This document shows, in pieces, positions 50,553-63,214 of a stretch of DNA of 64,000 bases. The DNA is from Sminthopsis crassicaudata. Lineage: Eukaryota. Below the pieces are notes generated by a model that did not search any database, was not told the DNA's origin, and saw nothing but the letters and a program-made list of their open reading frames with translations. The DNA is taken from the NCBI RefSeq assembly GCF_048593235.1, contig NC_133619.1, forward strand, positions 454,301,644-454,365,643, given 5' to 3'. The position numbers and the translations under genes are program-made. The first letter of the stretch is position 1. Each line of letters starts with the position of its first letter.

Positions 50553-52492
50553 ACCCTCCCTAAAACAAACTTCTAGAATAAGAATTGGGTTTCCCAGCAT
50601 AGATGCAGCCATTGATAAAGAATAAAGAGAAGTTATTCTTAAGAATTAGCTGAGCTGAATAAGGGAAAATCATATGCCCTATCACCGATCCTAGCCTTGA
50701 CAGCTTAATACTGGCTTTTGTTATAGGGAGAAGCCATGACTCATTTGCAGAACTATGCTTAAAGGAATGAATGATCTTTATTGTCAATGAGAAGGTAGGA
50801 AAAAACTTAAAATAGCAGTTCAGGAGTAGCTATTTTAATACATCTTGCTGACACCAATAGAAAAGTGTCCTGGGACTAGGACTTGTTCTTGAAAGCTTCA
50901 ATACTTAATTTGTGTTAAATATGCATGCAAGCAGTTATCAAGTAATGCAGAAAATATAAATTGAAAGTGACAAACTGCAAACTTTAAATTAGGTAAGGGA
51001 ATTAAGATGCATTAAATGTTTTTATAGACATAGATTTTAGTTTATCATTACTACAAAAGTTGTACATTTTTGTTTTTGTTTTAGTGAAAATTAGTTCTCC
51101 TAAGGGATGATATGAAAAATGGAGGGGTGCAAGGAAATTCTCTTTCTTTGACATTAAACCTAGATTCTTTATTTTCACTAAACTTTACAAAATTACTTGT
51201 CTCACATTCATCAATAAACTATTAAGTGAGTGAACAATTCTATAAAATAAAATGTGTTCAAGTGAAACTTTTTTGTTCTAAGCTTTCTTAAATTTTTTCC
51301 ACTTGTAATTCTTTTTTGCCCAAGAAATTTTGATGGTACCCCCAATATATAGTTATACATAATAGGTATACAAATCAAATATTTACTGACAAAAAATAAT
51401 AAATAATTTATTTTAAAACAATTCTTTAATATATATGTATATATATATAATTTTACCATTTATTAAAGATGAATGCATACTAATAAGATACATGTGCTCA
51501 TGTATTTCTACATAAAGAATTAAATCTTAGCAGAATATTTGATACCTTTAATTGTTGCCAAATTTTTCACAACCCTCACATTCAGTTACATGATCCCATA
51601 TAGAGTCACAATTCACAATTGTTCTAGACTATTATCAACTCAATACATTCTACCACTGGGAGAGGGAGAGAATGAATGAATTAGATATAAGTTTGAGAAC
51701 ATATGTTTTCATCTAAAATGAATTTTAATCCAAGAAAACACCAAAATAGCATAGAATTTTGATCATATTGTCAGTTATATCTGTCTTCAAATCATGCTTC
51801 ACATCTCAGATAGTTAGCCATGAGGACACTGGAGTCTATCCTTTCAGTAACTCCTAATTCTCTTCCCCCACTTTTCAACTTTTTATTCTAGGAAAAAAAT
51901 TACTACATTACTACTATAAAGAACATGACCCTATACTCCACTCACAATCCTGAGACTACTTAGATTAAAACTACCATTTCCATCTTCCATTCTTTTCAGG
52001 TTTTACATCTCTCTACTAAAATGTTCTTGAAGATAGGGACTGTCTCATTTCTGTCTTTATATCCTCAGCACATTGTTGATTTTTAATGAATTTTTTTAAA
52101 ATTGATTCTACTATCCCACAGCACCCCTTATTCTGAAAACACAGCTGATCCAAATAGTTCTGGCCTAAAGGCAGTTTTGATGTTCTCCAAAGAACCATAG
52201 ATTCCTTCCATTTATAATGTCCTTTGATTCCAACTAGATTTAGTTAGTGAGAAAAATTGCTTTCTCCGACTTAGAAGGCAGAATAAATAATTTCTAAATA
52301 ATAATAATAATAATATACTTTTCTATTCCCAGTCCCTGGAAATAGATTCTTGTAAAGCAGTGGACAAATCATAACATAGCTTTTAAAAGCACCCATGGAA
52401 CATCCAGGAAAAAATGCTGTGAACAAGATCTCTTAAGTCTCTATTTTTTAATCACACCCTTAACTTTGTATATCTGAGGTCCAATTCCTTTA

Positions 52493-52494
<2 letters not shown>

Positions 52495-52523
<29 letters not shown>
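52495..52523 (+). repeat. poly(A)29
   Basis: Counted directly. Confidence 0.95.
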
Positions 52524-52525
<2 letters not shown>

Positions 52526-52539
52526 TCAAAGAGAAACTT

Positions 52540-53260
52540 CTTACTGTGAATAGCTTTAGTTTATTGGGATTAGCAAGGACAAGCAGAATTCCAAATGCAA
52601 CTTGAGGTTACTCTAGCAACCAGATATATTTTATATGCAGTGGAAAAATCCTCTTTTCTTGAACTTACTTAATGGAACCTGGTAATATAATTTGCAAGGC
52701 CTCCCCTGCTGACTTATCCCACAGATATGCAACTATAGGGAATTTGTAAGTCAGTTATATCACCATACAGTCTGAAACTTTCCAACACAATCCTCAATCC
52801 TAAATCTTACCATAAGTGGATGAATCTCCATGTCCCAAGGAAACCCTAGAACCTCTCTAGTGGCAAGTGGCCAAGATAGGGTTCCCCAATGATTTTCAGA
52901 CTACAACTCTCTGTAGCTACTCTGAGAAATGCCTTGGAAAAGAGAGTTAGGAGCCTTCTTCCAAACAGAAACTCGGGAACTCAAGGATTGAGCTCCCTGT
53001 GGCTACTTCACAGTCCTAGTCATAAGCAATAGCACTTGCTAAGGAGACCAGCACATTGTATTGGAGTTAACAAGTTATATCATCAATGGACAAGTTGTAA
53101 GCTCAATCAACTGGCAACAAGCTTGATCTTTGATGACTTTGGGTTCCCAGAATGTGAATAGATACAGGAACAAATTAATCCAGTGAAAAGTAAAAGCCCC
53201 TCAAGTCCCACTGACAAAGGACTGAGAAGAAACTCTTGCCAAAATTCCACCTCTCTTTCC
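52540..53260 (-). mobile_element. LTR-like relic (tentative)
   Basis: GC-richer block without an ORF. Minus-strand AATAAA (tttatt) near 52560, at the expected LTR 3' position. Confidence 0.35.
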
Positions 53261-53689
53261 TTTTCAGAAAGGAAAAGAAATAAAGATAAGCAAATTATAT
53301 TGCTCTATTTACATTAGAATTAATCAATTTAACCAACTACCAAAATGCAGTTTCAAAAACGTTGTTGACCTGCTTTGGTAGGGGAGTTTCCATTGCAGGA
53401 GTTCCTTATACCAATGAAATCACAGGTTCAGGCTTTATACTTAATACAATTTTTATTTATTCTCTCTCTGATTTCTTTCTCTTCTTTTGAGGAGGGAAGG
53501 AAGGGAAAAGGAGGTAGAGGCCCTCTGTTGGGTCCAAGTAAATCTATATGGAATTGGTTTTAAGGAAATCGTATCTTCAGGTAAAATAACCTCTAGCTTT
53601 TCTCACATGAAAAGAAAAAGACTAATTCTTTACATTGTCAATTATTCTTTATATTTTCCAAAAACAGTTGTATCCTTCTTACTGCATAT

Positions 53690-53965
53690 TGGAGAAGACT
53701 AGTGTCATTAAAAAGGCACCAGACTTGTTATTAGGAAACTTGAGTTCTCTATTGTTCAGTCGTTTTTCAGTCATATTTGACTCTTCATGACCCTATTTGG
53801 GGTTTTTGCATGAAAGATACTGAAGTGGTTTGTTATTGAGTTCTGTGTAGCCCCATTAATTAGCAGGGTGAATTGACATAAGTCACCTACCTACTTTGTA
53901 TCTTGATTTCTTCATATATAAAATTAGGGAGATGAACTATATGAGCTATAAGGACCATTCCAATT
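53690..53965. mobile_element. MIR3-type SINE (+) with nested Mar1 tail fragment (-, ~53750-53830)
   Basis: ggaaacttgagttc | tattgttcagtcgtttttcagtc...gaccctatttggggttttt...aaagatactgaagtggtttg | ...aaaattagggagatgaacta. Confidence 0.6.
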
Positions 53966-54499
53966 TAAACGGACAATATGTTCCTGAAAGGTATGCATTT
54001 TTTCTCCCATTATTTAAACAATTCTTACTACAAAAATAAAGTCAAAACCTTTAAAAGCTTTTAAAAATGGTTCCTACGTTTAGCTATTTTTCATAAGGAA
54101 AACAACCTTACTAATAGATACTAAAACCATCCTTTCTTATCCTTTTCCTCCCACCTACCACCACACGTGTGAAGCCACTGAAGGAAGCCTACTCTTCAGG
54201 AGAGAGAAAATTAGTTCCATATAACCCCCAGTTCCCCTGCTTCTACAATCTGAATCAATTTCTCTGAAATCGAACTGAAAAAGTAATAATATGGTCCATC
54301 ATTAAATTGACCTAATTTTTAAATTCTTAATTTGGTTTTATATACAGCCTGATTCCAAATAAGTCAGGTGAAGTAAATGCTCAGATTGTATTGTAAAGTA
54401 TTCCCTGTATAATTAAATTATTTAAGGGAATCATTTATTATCCCAAGAGGGAAAAATTTACTTCACACATGCCAGATTTGAGCCCATAGTCACATCCCA

Positions 54500-54720
54500 G
54501 GAGATGATATTGTTTTGATGCTATTTTATGGGGGGTTTTTTGCTTCCTTATTTTTTTGGATCCATAACTATGAACAACTCCCATTAATATGGACCCTCCC
54601 TCCACTAAAATAGATTGCCATACTGATCTGTAATATCTAGTCTTTGAGAACTATGTGGAACATTTAGAAATTTAAATAACTTGTCTATAGTAACATCCAG
54701 AGTGCATCAAAGGTAGAGCT
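54500..54720 (-). mobile_element. Mar3/WALLSI4-like SINE
   Basis: aactcccatta...ccctccctccact...ttaaataacttgtc. Confidence 0.5.
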
Positions 54721-54730
54721 CTCAATAAAT

Positions 54731-54890
54731 CAGGGTTCTCAATAAATCATTTTTCTGTCATAGACTCCTTTGGCACTCTAGGGAAGCCTTTGGACTCTTT
54801 CTCAGAGGAATTCTTTTAAATGCATGAAATACAATGTATAGAAATACCAAGAAAACCAATTGCAATATAGTTAACAAATCTAAAAAATAA
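54731..54890 (+). mobile_element. hAT Charlie4z-like MITE, interrupted by an L1 3' end
   Basis: cagggttctc...tgtcatagactcctttggcactctagggaagcctttggactctttctcag...ttaaatgcatgaaatac...aaaaccaatt. Confidence 0.65.
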
Positions 54891-55095
54891 TTTAAATTTA
54901 TTTTAAAATATTATTTTCTTTTAAAAGTAGAGACTTTTAAAAATATATTATATTCAATTCCAAATTCTCCTCCTCTTTCCCCACCTAATGAGAAGAAAAG
55001 AAATACAAAACTCAATACATAGTCATGCAAAACAAATTTCTTTATTAGCTGGTATTTATTTTTTCAAAGAAAGAAAGAATACTTTAATCTGCCCT
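54890..55095 (-). mobile_element. Marsupial L1 3' end fragment
   Basis: ttccaaattctcctcctctttcccc...catagtcatgcaaaacaaatttc. Confidence 0.65.
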
Positions 55096-55159
55096 CAATC
55101 CATCACCAAATTCACCAACTTGAAGAGTTCTAGCTAGTAATTATAGTACAAAAAAAATC

Positions 55160-55300
55160 AGAGATTCAAAACGAGAAGGGGCTTTTAGAGGTCACCAAAT
55201 CTAATCCCTAATTTTATAGCAGAGGAAATTGGGACCCAGAAATATCAAATGACTTCTTAAAGATACCCCTGCTGATTAGTTATAGAGTATAAACTAGTAC
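55160..55300 (-). mobile_element. MIR3-type SINE
   Basis: ttagaggtcaccaaatctaatccctaattttatag..gaggaaattgggacccagaaa. Confidence 0.7.
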
Positions 55301-56019
55301 ACTTATCTATTAACACTCTAATCTTTTCTCATATTATATTACTTACCTGAGCACTCTAGACCAATGCTGAGATATTAAAACATCTTCATAGTAAAGGCCA
55401 CCATTTACTCCTTAATTTGTCCTATATAATTTATATGTAGTCGCTGAAAAATTGTTGTTTTTTTTTAAAACACACTTTTGTAAAATTAATCCATTTCTGG
55501 TATTCTGGTATACAGTTTCTAACCAACCAGTGCAGGAATATATGTTAATTTTGTTGGATTTACAAAGAGTAATCAATTATGGAGGAAAAGGGGGAAAGAA
55601 GGCTCATTATAGTCTCTTGCATAGAATTGTCACTAAATAATTGCTTAATTGAATAACTTTTTGTTCAATTAAATTTTATTTCCTATGTACCACATGGATA
55701 TACAGCAAATAGGTTAATGTTATTTAAACTTTTTAATATGTTTATAATTCAGGCTTGAAAAAATATTTAAGTATGACATATTAAAATTATCAATAAAAGT
55801 TAAATCATAAAAACAAAATTCACAAATAAAATAAGTTATTTTCATTGCTTTTTGGCTCTTTGATCTTCTTGGCATTTTTTCTAACATTAGAGTATAGATT
55901 TTTCAAATCTCATTTCACAATTTTTTTTAAAAGTATGATATCATCAGCCAATCAGCTCTTATCTTAAATCCAGGTTTATATTTCTAACACTTGGAAGGTG
56001 CAACTGAACTCTTCCATAT

Positions 56020-56150
56020 GTGTTGCCTTCTTTAATTAGAATGTGAGCTCTGAGAGCAAGGACTGTCTCAAATCTCTACTTGCAGTTCTGGTGTTTAACA
56101 CAGTGCATGACACATAGTAAAGCCTAGTAAATGCCTTTTCCATTTCCTTC
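56020..56150 (+). mobile_element. L2 3' end
   Basis: ttagaatgtgagctctgagagcaaggactgtc...acacagtgcatgacacatagtaaagcc. Confidence 0.75.
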
Positions 56151-57329
56151 TATTCTATGTGAGAAATAGGTGATGTTCTGTTAAACTATACTGTTAACCC
56201 CCTACAGTTAGGTTTTTTTTTTAAGTACACCACCAGCTCCTGGCTATAACACTGTCCCCTGGATTGATGTTTCATGATAGCCTTATGGATGAGACATCCA
56301 TTAAAAAGATCTTTGGGGTTTCTCAATAACTAAACTCCTTTGGATTGGGTTCAAAATGAGTCTACATTATACTGAATTCTATAGAATATAAATCTGTTGT
56401 ATGTAATAGAATCATCTCTTCATTGCAAAACAAAAATCCATTCACAAATATCCACCCCCACCCAAATATTCCAACAGTCACCTATTAAAATCTTAACCAT
56501 TCTTTACAACTTGGTTCTATTTTCACTTCTTCCTTGAGTTATAATTTCTCTATCTTCCCCTCCCCTTAGAACTTTGGATTACTTTGTTTATAACTTTGTT
56601 GTATAGCTGTGATATTCTAATTTCTATTTCATTCGGGGAATTGTACCATCTATATTGTAAATGGTTAAGGTCTGAGAGGCAATATTTCATTAATCTTTGT
56701 AACTCGAAAGAGCCTAAAATAATGCTTTACTCAATTAGGTCCTCATAATATTTGTTAGATGGAATAGCTATGTGAAAATAAGGATTCAATCTCAATTACT
56801 TGAAGGGATGCAGCAAATACATACATATTTTCATAATGAAAAATTACTAATTCATCCCTTTCTCCCCTAGGCTTTTTTATTATAAGTGTGGAAATTCCAT
56901 TCATTGGTATAAATCATTGCTGCTACTCCTCTAACTATATAGACACAAAAAGGTTGAGTTAGTCTGGCATTACACAGCTAGTGTATATTAGTGTTTTTGA
57001 TTCCTAAGTCCAGTTTCCTAACCTTCACTCCATATTGTCTCTCAAAACATATTTACAAAAATGATACAGTTACTCTTATTGCTGAAACATATCTTATGGA
57101 AGGGATTGCTGGGTGCATTCTTGAGGATGATCAACAACTATTAAAATACAGTTCAGATTTTGCTCTGGATACAACACAGTTCTGCAGGCAAAGAAGCAAC
57201 AACAAAGTTGTATTTTGTCAGACAAGATGGGTCACAAATAGTACCCCCAACAAGGAGTAGTCTCATCCATGGTATCATAGAAGCAATAGTTGACAAACAG
57301 GATAGGAAAGGAGAGAGATATATTTGTAG

Positions 57330-57752
57330 GCCTCCTGTTTACATATGTGCATATGTATATAAACAATACACTAATATTTTATCACAAATGCTTATATATA
57401 TTTTATATATGCATGTATATATACATACACATATGCACCTATACATATATAAATGCAATTATTGAGGTGCTTATGCACACACATACATATAAACATATAT
57501 ACTTACATATTTATAAACATAATACATATATCTATACATGTAGAAATACATTCCTTGAGAAACATCTATGTTTAGATGCATGTATATATATATATATATA
57601 TATATACATGCACGCACATAAAAACACACAACTTTGTTTATCAAGAAAATTATACATGTATACTCATGTGTACATATAAGTATGCTTTGCACATGTATAT
57701 CTCAAGATATATGTTTATAGATGTTTATATACATATGTACATATATGTGTGT
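57330..57752. repeat. Degenerate alternating purine-pyrimidine (TA/CA/TG) low-complexity tract
   Basis: About 420 bp dominated by tata/taca/catg units. Confidence 0.85.
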
Positions 57753-58814
57753 GATATTCTCTGAGGAGAGTCATCAGTTGATAGGAACAGTCCTTTGGAG
57801 ATCATTTGCTCCAAGGCATGATGAAGAGTTTTCACAAGATCCCTTTGCCTCCATTATTCTTTCAGTTGAAAAAGCTTTCATGGGAGAGAATTCTGGGACG
57901 ATTGCAGAGTAAGTCAGACAACTTTCATCTCTTCAATTTTGTCCACAGAAAAAAGACAGAACATTACCTCAAGAGGAGTACAGAGTAGCAGAAATAAACA
58001 AAAGTCACAGTAAAGCAGTTGTTCTCCCAAAACAGCCTAAGAAGACCCCAGGCAAGAACTGACTTCCTAGGGCAGAGGCCTGAATGAAGTGCAAACACCT
58101 CCAGCAGAGCTGGAATCCACAAACGATAACCCTGGGGGGCAACTGGAGTTGGGAGATTGTCCCGGCTTTGAAACCTTCATCTCAAGGACCTTGTCAGGGT
58201 CCGACAGGTAAGGAGAAGATTGAAGGCCCTTTCAGCTGTGCTGGCCAGACTGTGCTGCCACTGCCAAGCAGAAAGAGCTAGCATACACCTGGTGAGTGTA
58301 GGAGCAGAAGGGCGAGGACCCTCCTAGCTGTGGGCACTTGTAGGGGAGTAGAGTTCCTGGGAAGACAGCTGAAGTCTGTAACTACCAGAGGAACCCAATG
58401 GGTAACATCATAATCAAGACAGCATCACTGGGGGCTCTAGCTGTGATACAGGAGCCCAAAGTTGAACCAGAGGAGAGGTCACAAAAAAATAACAGTAAGA
58501 ATGGCCTGAGGTTTGGAGCATAATTCTTCCCATTTCAGGACTAGAACTTGATCTTACCAATAGCTGCTAAAAATAAAATAATACTAAAAATTAAAAATAA
58601 AAATGAGCAAAGGAGAAAGAACTCAACCATAGACAACTACTATGCGGATAGAGAAGATGAAGGTTCATATTCAGAGGAAGATAATGGAACTAAAAAAAAA
58701 AAAGCCTCTGCTTGTTCAATAAGAAACATCATGCACAAATAAGATTTCTTAGAACTTAAAAAGTACTTCAACAACCAAGTAAGAGAAATCAAGAAAAAAA
58801 TAGGTAAAAAAAGT

Positions 58815-58975
58815 GGGGCAGCTAGGTGGCGCAGTGGATAGAGCACCAGCCTTGAATTCAGGAGGACCTGAGTTCAAATGTGGGCTCAGACATTTAATAC
58901 TCCCTAGCTGTGTGACCCTGGGCAAGTCTCACTTAATCCCAGCCTCAGGAGAAAGAAAAAAAAAAAAAAAAAAAA
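58815..58975 (+). mobile_element. WSINE1-type SINE, young, inside ORF1
   Basis: ggggcagctaggtggcgcagtggatagagcacc (CpG retained) with a long A tail. TSD aggtaaaaaa(a)g at 58802-58813 and 58975-58985. Confidence 0.93.
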
Positions 58976-59179
58976 GGTAAAAAAGAACAATCCAAAATAA
59001 TGAAGAAAATTGTGAAAAGAAAGTCAGCCTGTATGAAATAGAGAGCCAAAAACATAAGGAAGAAACTAATTCCTTGAAAACTAGATTTGGGCAAAAGTAA
59101 GTTAATGATATTTTAAAGACATAAAGAAATAATTTTTAAAAATAAAAAGAATGAAAAAAAAAAGAAGAAGAAGAAGAGA

Positions 59180-59325
59180 GGGCAGCTAGGTAGTGCAGTG
59201 GAGAGAGCACCAACCCAGAAGTGAGGAGGATCTGAGTTCAAATTTGATCTCAGAAATTTAACACTTCCTAACTGTGTGATCCTGGGCAAGTAACTTAACT
59301 CCCCCCCCCAAAAAAAAGAAAAAAA
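59180..59325 (+). mobile_element. WSINE1-type SINE inside ORF1
   Basis: gggcagctaggtagtgcagtgg...gagttcaaatttgatctcag...cttaactccccccccc plus A tail; flanked by agaagag on both sides. Confidence 0.9.
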
Positions 59326-60433
59326 CTAGAAGAGAATATGAAACATCTTATTAGAAAAACAACTGATCTGAAGAACAGATCAAGGAGGCATAATATGGGA
59401 ATAGTCAGACTACCTGAAATTATGATAAAAAAGAATTTTGATATAGTATTAGAAAAAATTATCAAGAAAATTGATCTCCTAAGACAAGAAGACAAAGCAA
59501 AAACAGAAAAAAATCCACCCATCACAACCTGAAAGAGATCCCAAGAGGAAAACTTACAGGAATGTAATAGCTAAGTTTCAAAGTCCCAGATTAAGGAGAA
59601 AATATTGAAAGCAATAGGAAAAAAAACCAAACAATTTAAATATCATGGATTTCAAAAGTCCTAGCTACTATTGCATTGATGAATGGTAGATCTTGGAATA
59701 CTATATTTTCATAGAGCAATAGAGATGACGTTACAATCAAGGGTAACACACCTAGTGAAGTTAAATCTAATCCTGAATGATAAAAATAGACATTTAATTA
59801 ACTTAAAGACTTTAAGATATTTGTAACAAAAATAGCAGAACTTAAAGAAAATTTCAACACATTCACATCCAGGAGAAATATAAAGTAAACATTTAAAGAT
59901 CAATTATAAGGGACTCAATATGGTCAAATTGTTTACTAAGAAGTATGTAATATATAAGTAATAATCTCTTCATGGCAAAATGAATATATATATATACATA
60001 TATATATTCATATATAACAAAAATTCATTCACAAATATCCAACCCTACACAAATATTCCTATTGTCACCTATTGAAATCATAGCCATCCTTTACAATTTG
60101 GGCCATAATTTCTCTATTCTTGATTGACCTTAGAACTTGTATAATACTTTGTTTATATCTTTGTTATACACCTGTGATATTCTATTTTATATGGAGAACT
60201 ATATATATATATAATTATATAAAATATATAAATATATAAAAAATAATATATGACAATATTATCAATTCGCTTATGACAGTCATTTTTATTTTGGTAGTTT
60301 GGAGGAAAGGCTTGGACTGAGCTGAGTACATTGGGACGATTTTCTTCTCTCTCCTCTTGTTTTCTCAGTCTCTGTCTCTCCCTACCTACACATACACACA
60401 TTATATATAAATATGTTATGTATTTAGCTATAC

Positions 60434-60470
<37 letters not shown>

Positions 60471-60636
60471 GTGCATGTATATAAGATGTGTGTATGTGTG
60501 CATATAAATTGTAGGGAGAGATCAAGGATCTCATACAAATGAGGCAAAAAGGGAAAAATAGATACTAAAGAAGCTAGTAAGAAGAGAGTAGGTGGTGCTG
60601 AAACCTTACTGTCATAGGGAATGGGTTAAAGAGGTT

Positions 60637-60642
60637 AGATAG

Positions 60643-60673
<31 letters not shown>

Positions 60674-60680
60674 GGTAGAT
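60637..60680 (+). repeat. (TAGA)n tetranucleotide repeat
   Basis: Read directly. Confidence 0.9.
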
Positions 60681-61164
60681 ATTCATAATATGGTCTTACA
60701 TATATGAATGTATATATATAAATTTATGAGATAACTATGTATATGAATGTGTATATGCATTGTATATATACATATATATACATATATAATATATCAACAT
60801 ACATATTCATGATATATACACATGGGTATATATGTGTGTATGTGTACATGTGTATGAGTGTGTATACATTTAATTATACCCTTCTTGAGGAACAGAGAGG
60901 AAGGAGGAAAAATAAAGTAAAAATGCATAGCATAAAACAAAAGAAAATCTCTAAGGAAGCAAAGATAAGATGGACAGCTCAGAACATCGTGTATAGTATT
61001 TATTGTATAAGCTTTCTTGAAATGTGAATCTATATTTTTCTATTTTGAATCCTCTCATGTTCTACTGTGCATATGGCAATGAATGATTTTTTTTTCCATT
61101 TCTTATTTTGTATTTAAATTTGAGAGGAAAAAAAAAAAAGAAAAAGCATCCATTACTCTTTGGA

Positions 61165-61290
61165 AGTTTATCCAATTAATCAATCAAGATCTATTAAGCT
61201 CTTACTATGTGCTAGGCACTATCTCAAGCACTGGGGATTCAAAGAGGCAAAAAAGTGGTCCCTGTCCTAGAGAAGTTTATAATCTAATGT
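61165..61290 (-). mobile_element. L2 3' end
   Basis: aatcaatcaagatctattaagctcttactatgtgctaggcact...ggtccctgtcctagagaagtttataatctaat. Confidence 0.8.
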
Positions 61291-62914
61291 GCCCTCTGAT
61301 AATATTTCTTGTTGCCATTCTGTTTCTATTGCTGGATTTTTCTCGTTCCATAACATCCCTGGGTTTTCTAAGATCATTTGAACATTTTTTATGTGTGTGA
61401 TATAGTTGTAAAGACTTAGATTCAAAGGAATATAGCTCCTAATCTCTGCTTGGTTATTTATTACATTTATGACTTCGCCTAGGCAAGTATTGTAGCCCTG
61501 TCAAGCCTCTGATTGCTCAGTTTTAAAATGAAAGGGGTTAAATTCTTTTCTTTAAACTCTAAATTCTATTCAACTAATAATTTTTCTACTAGCACTACAA
61601 ATTCACCATGATTAAATCAAACTCCTCTTTTTTCATCCTCACCAGTCTCAGGCTTTTGCTACTGTTCTACTGACCCACTTACCTATCACTAGTGGCAGTA
61701 CCAATATATTACCTGGTTCCCAATCCTAAGGGCCAGCATACATTTCAATAACCATCATTTTATGATAATTATTATTTTTGTTTCTTCATAGTTACTTGTT
61801 TTTCTACAACAAAACTCAAATCTTCCATCCATTCCTTCATGTTCCTACTATCAAAATTCTTTTCCAAAACCTGGCTACATTCCATCAAGATTGTAGGGCC
61901 AAAAAGTGAAGATGGTAAAATATTAGGACAAGAAAAATCCCAAGAATGGATGAATGAGAAGAAGTAAAGTTTTTTTTTGTTTGTTTGTATTGTTTAGCTG
62001 AAAAAAGAGTAGAAAAAAAAAGATCTTTTGAAATGTCTATTGGGAGTTCAAATTTGAGAAGAAAAGGAATGTATTGAGAAAAATATTGAATTTTGAGTCT
62101 AAGAGATTAAGTTCTTGTTCTTTTTCTGTCACTAACAAGTTCTGTGACTTATCACAGACAAATCCCTATCATCTATGTCTGTGGCTTGAACATAAGTGGA
62201 AGCTCAAAAAATGGATGTTGAATGAATGAATCTCCCTGCCTCAATTTCCTCTTCAAGGATAATAAAAGCTGTGCTACTTACCTCAATATTGCCTCAAAGA
62301 TTATATAAGAAATGTGAAAGTAATTACAAAATTAAAAGCCTGTTCAAATACAAAATATTATTATCAAAATAACAATCTTTCCATCTGCTGGGGTTTTTTC
62401 CTGCTGCTCACTGCTAAGTGCCCTCCCCACCCCTCAGCGCCACCTCCATTCTCACTATTTAGACCTCATCCCTATGGTACTATCTTTAAATGGCTCACTC
62501 CAAAATTTTGACAATGATATTCAAATACCATTCCCCCTGAACTCACCCAGCTTAGTTTAGATCCCGTGTCCTAGTCAAGCTTACCTTCCTGCTATTCCAT
62601 TTTATTTTCCCTCTTCTTTCTTTAAGTCATTGTCCAGACCAAACCAAAGTGCTCCCAACTTCCAAAACCTGATTTTTGGCCTTTGGCTTTGACCCAATAA
62701 TTATTGCCCCTCAGCCCAGGTTGTCTCACTAGTTTGAGCTCTGAGTCCTAAGCCCTGTCTGTTTTTCAGGTATGGTTCCTGTTAAACCAAGTCGGGCTCC
62801 CTTCTATACAACTGAATTGTCAAACTTCCTTATAGTTATTTGAGCCTTTACTAATTCCCTACATCTCTTTCACCCCTCCTCCCATCTGTGAGTGCATTTC
62901 CTATTTCTTTAATA

Positions 62915-63135
62915 ATGACTAACATACATATAGTGCTACATATGTGCCTGATGCTGCGCTAAGTGCTTTATCTTATTTGGATTTAACAAGCACTCTGGGA
63001 GGTAAGTGCTATTGTAATTGAGGCTAACAGATTAACCAATTTGCAGAGGGTTACACAGCTAGTCAATGTCTGAGGATGAATTTGAACTCAGGTCTTCCTT
63101 ACTCTAGATCCAGTATCTATTCACTGCGCCCCTTA
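62915..63135 (-). mobile_element. MIR SINE
   Basis: tgtgcctgatgctgcgctaagtgcttta...ggttacacagctagtcaatgtctgaggatgaatttgaactcaggtcttcc. Confidence 0.85.
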
Positions 63136-63214
63136 GGACTCTGTTTCTTGAAGCTTCTGCTTCTACTTTCCATTCATTACTTCAACAAGTATGTATCCCA
63201 TGCCTATTAAGTAA

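Larger units (their letters stand above)
58603..59883 (+). pseudogene. Decayed L1 ORF1p (coiled coil, RRM, CTD)
   Basis: NSTIDNYYADREDEGSYSEED, LELKKYFNNQVREIKKKIGK, EENMKHLIRKTTDLKNRSRR.N..IVRLPE, PERDPKRKT.RNVIAKFQS, KEKILKA..KKQFKY. Frameshifted and interrupted by two SINEs. Confidence 0.9.
57950..61145 (+). mobile_element. ORF1-only L1-derived element (HAL1-like): 5' UTR, decayed ORF1, 3' UTR, A tail
   Basis: GC-richer leader, then L1 ORF1 homology at 58603-59883, then sequence resembling the marsupial L1 inter-ORF spacer, ending in an A tail at 61128-61145. No ORF2 endonuclease homology seen. Confidence 0.7.

Noticed and set aside
56285-56335. Short resemblance to the AmnSINE1/Deu-domain motif (ggatgagac...cattaaa.agatc)
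   Set aside because: Only two short words match, with a large implied deletion; insufficient without an HMM search.
57866-57908. 43-nt exon-like unit (ttctttcAG...GA/GTAAGT)
   Set aside because: The splice motifs are good but the peptides (LKKLSWERILGRLQ / EKAFMGENSGTIA) match nothing I recognise. It may be decayed CR1-like sequence, and such pairs arise by chance in 64 kb. RNA-seq junction reads would be needed.
29487-59325. tRNA-like A/B boxes at four sites
   Set aside because: These are SINE heads (WSINE1), not tRNA genes: there is no cloverleaf 3' half, and SINE body, tail or TSD are present.
59338-59532. 64-aa ORF MKHLIRKTTDLKNRSRR...
   Set aside because: A fragment of dead L1-type ORF1, not a host gene.
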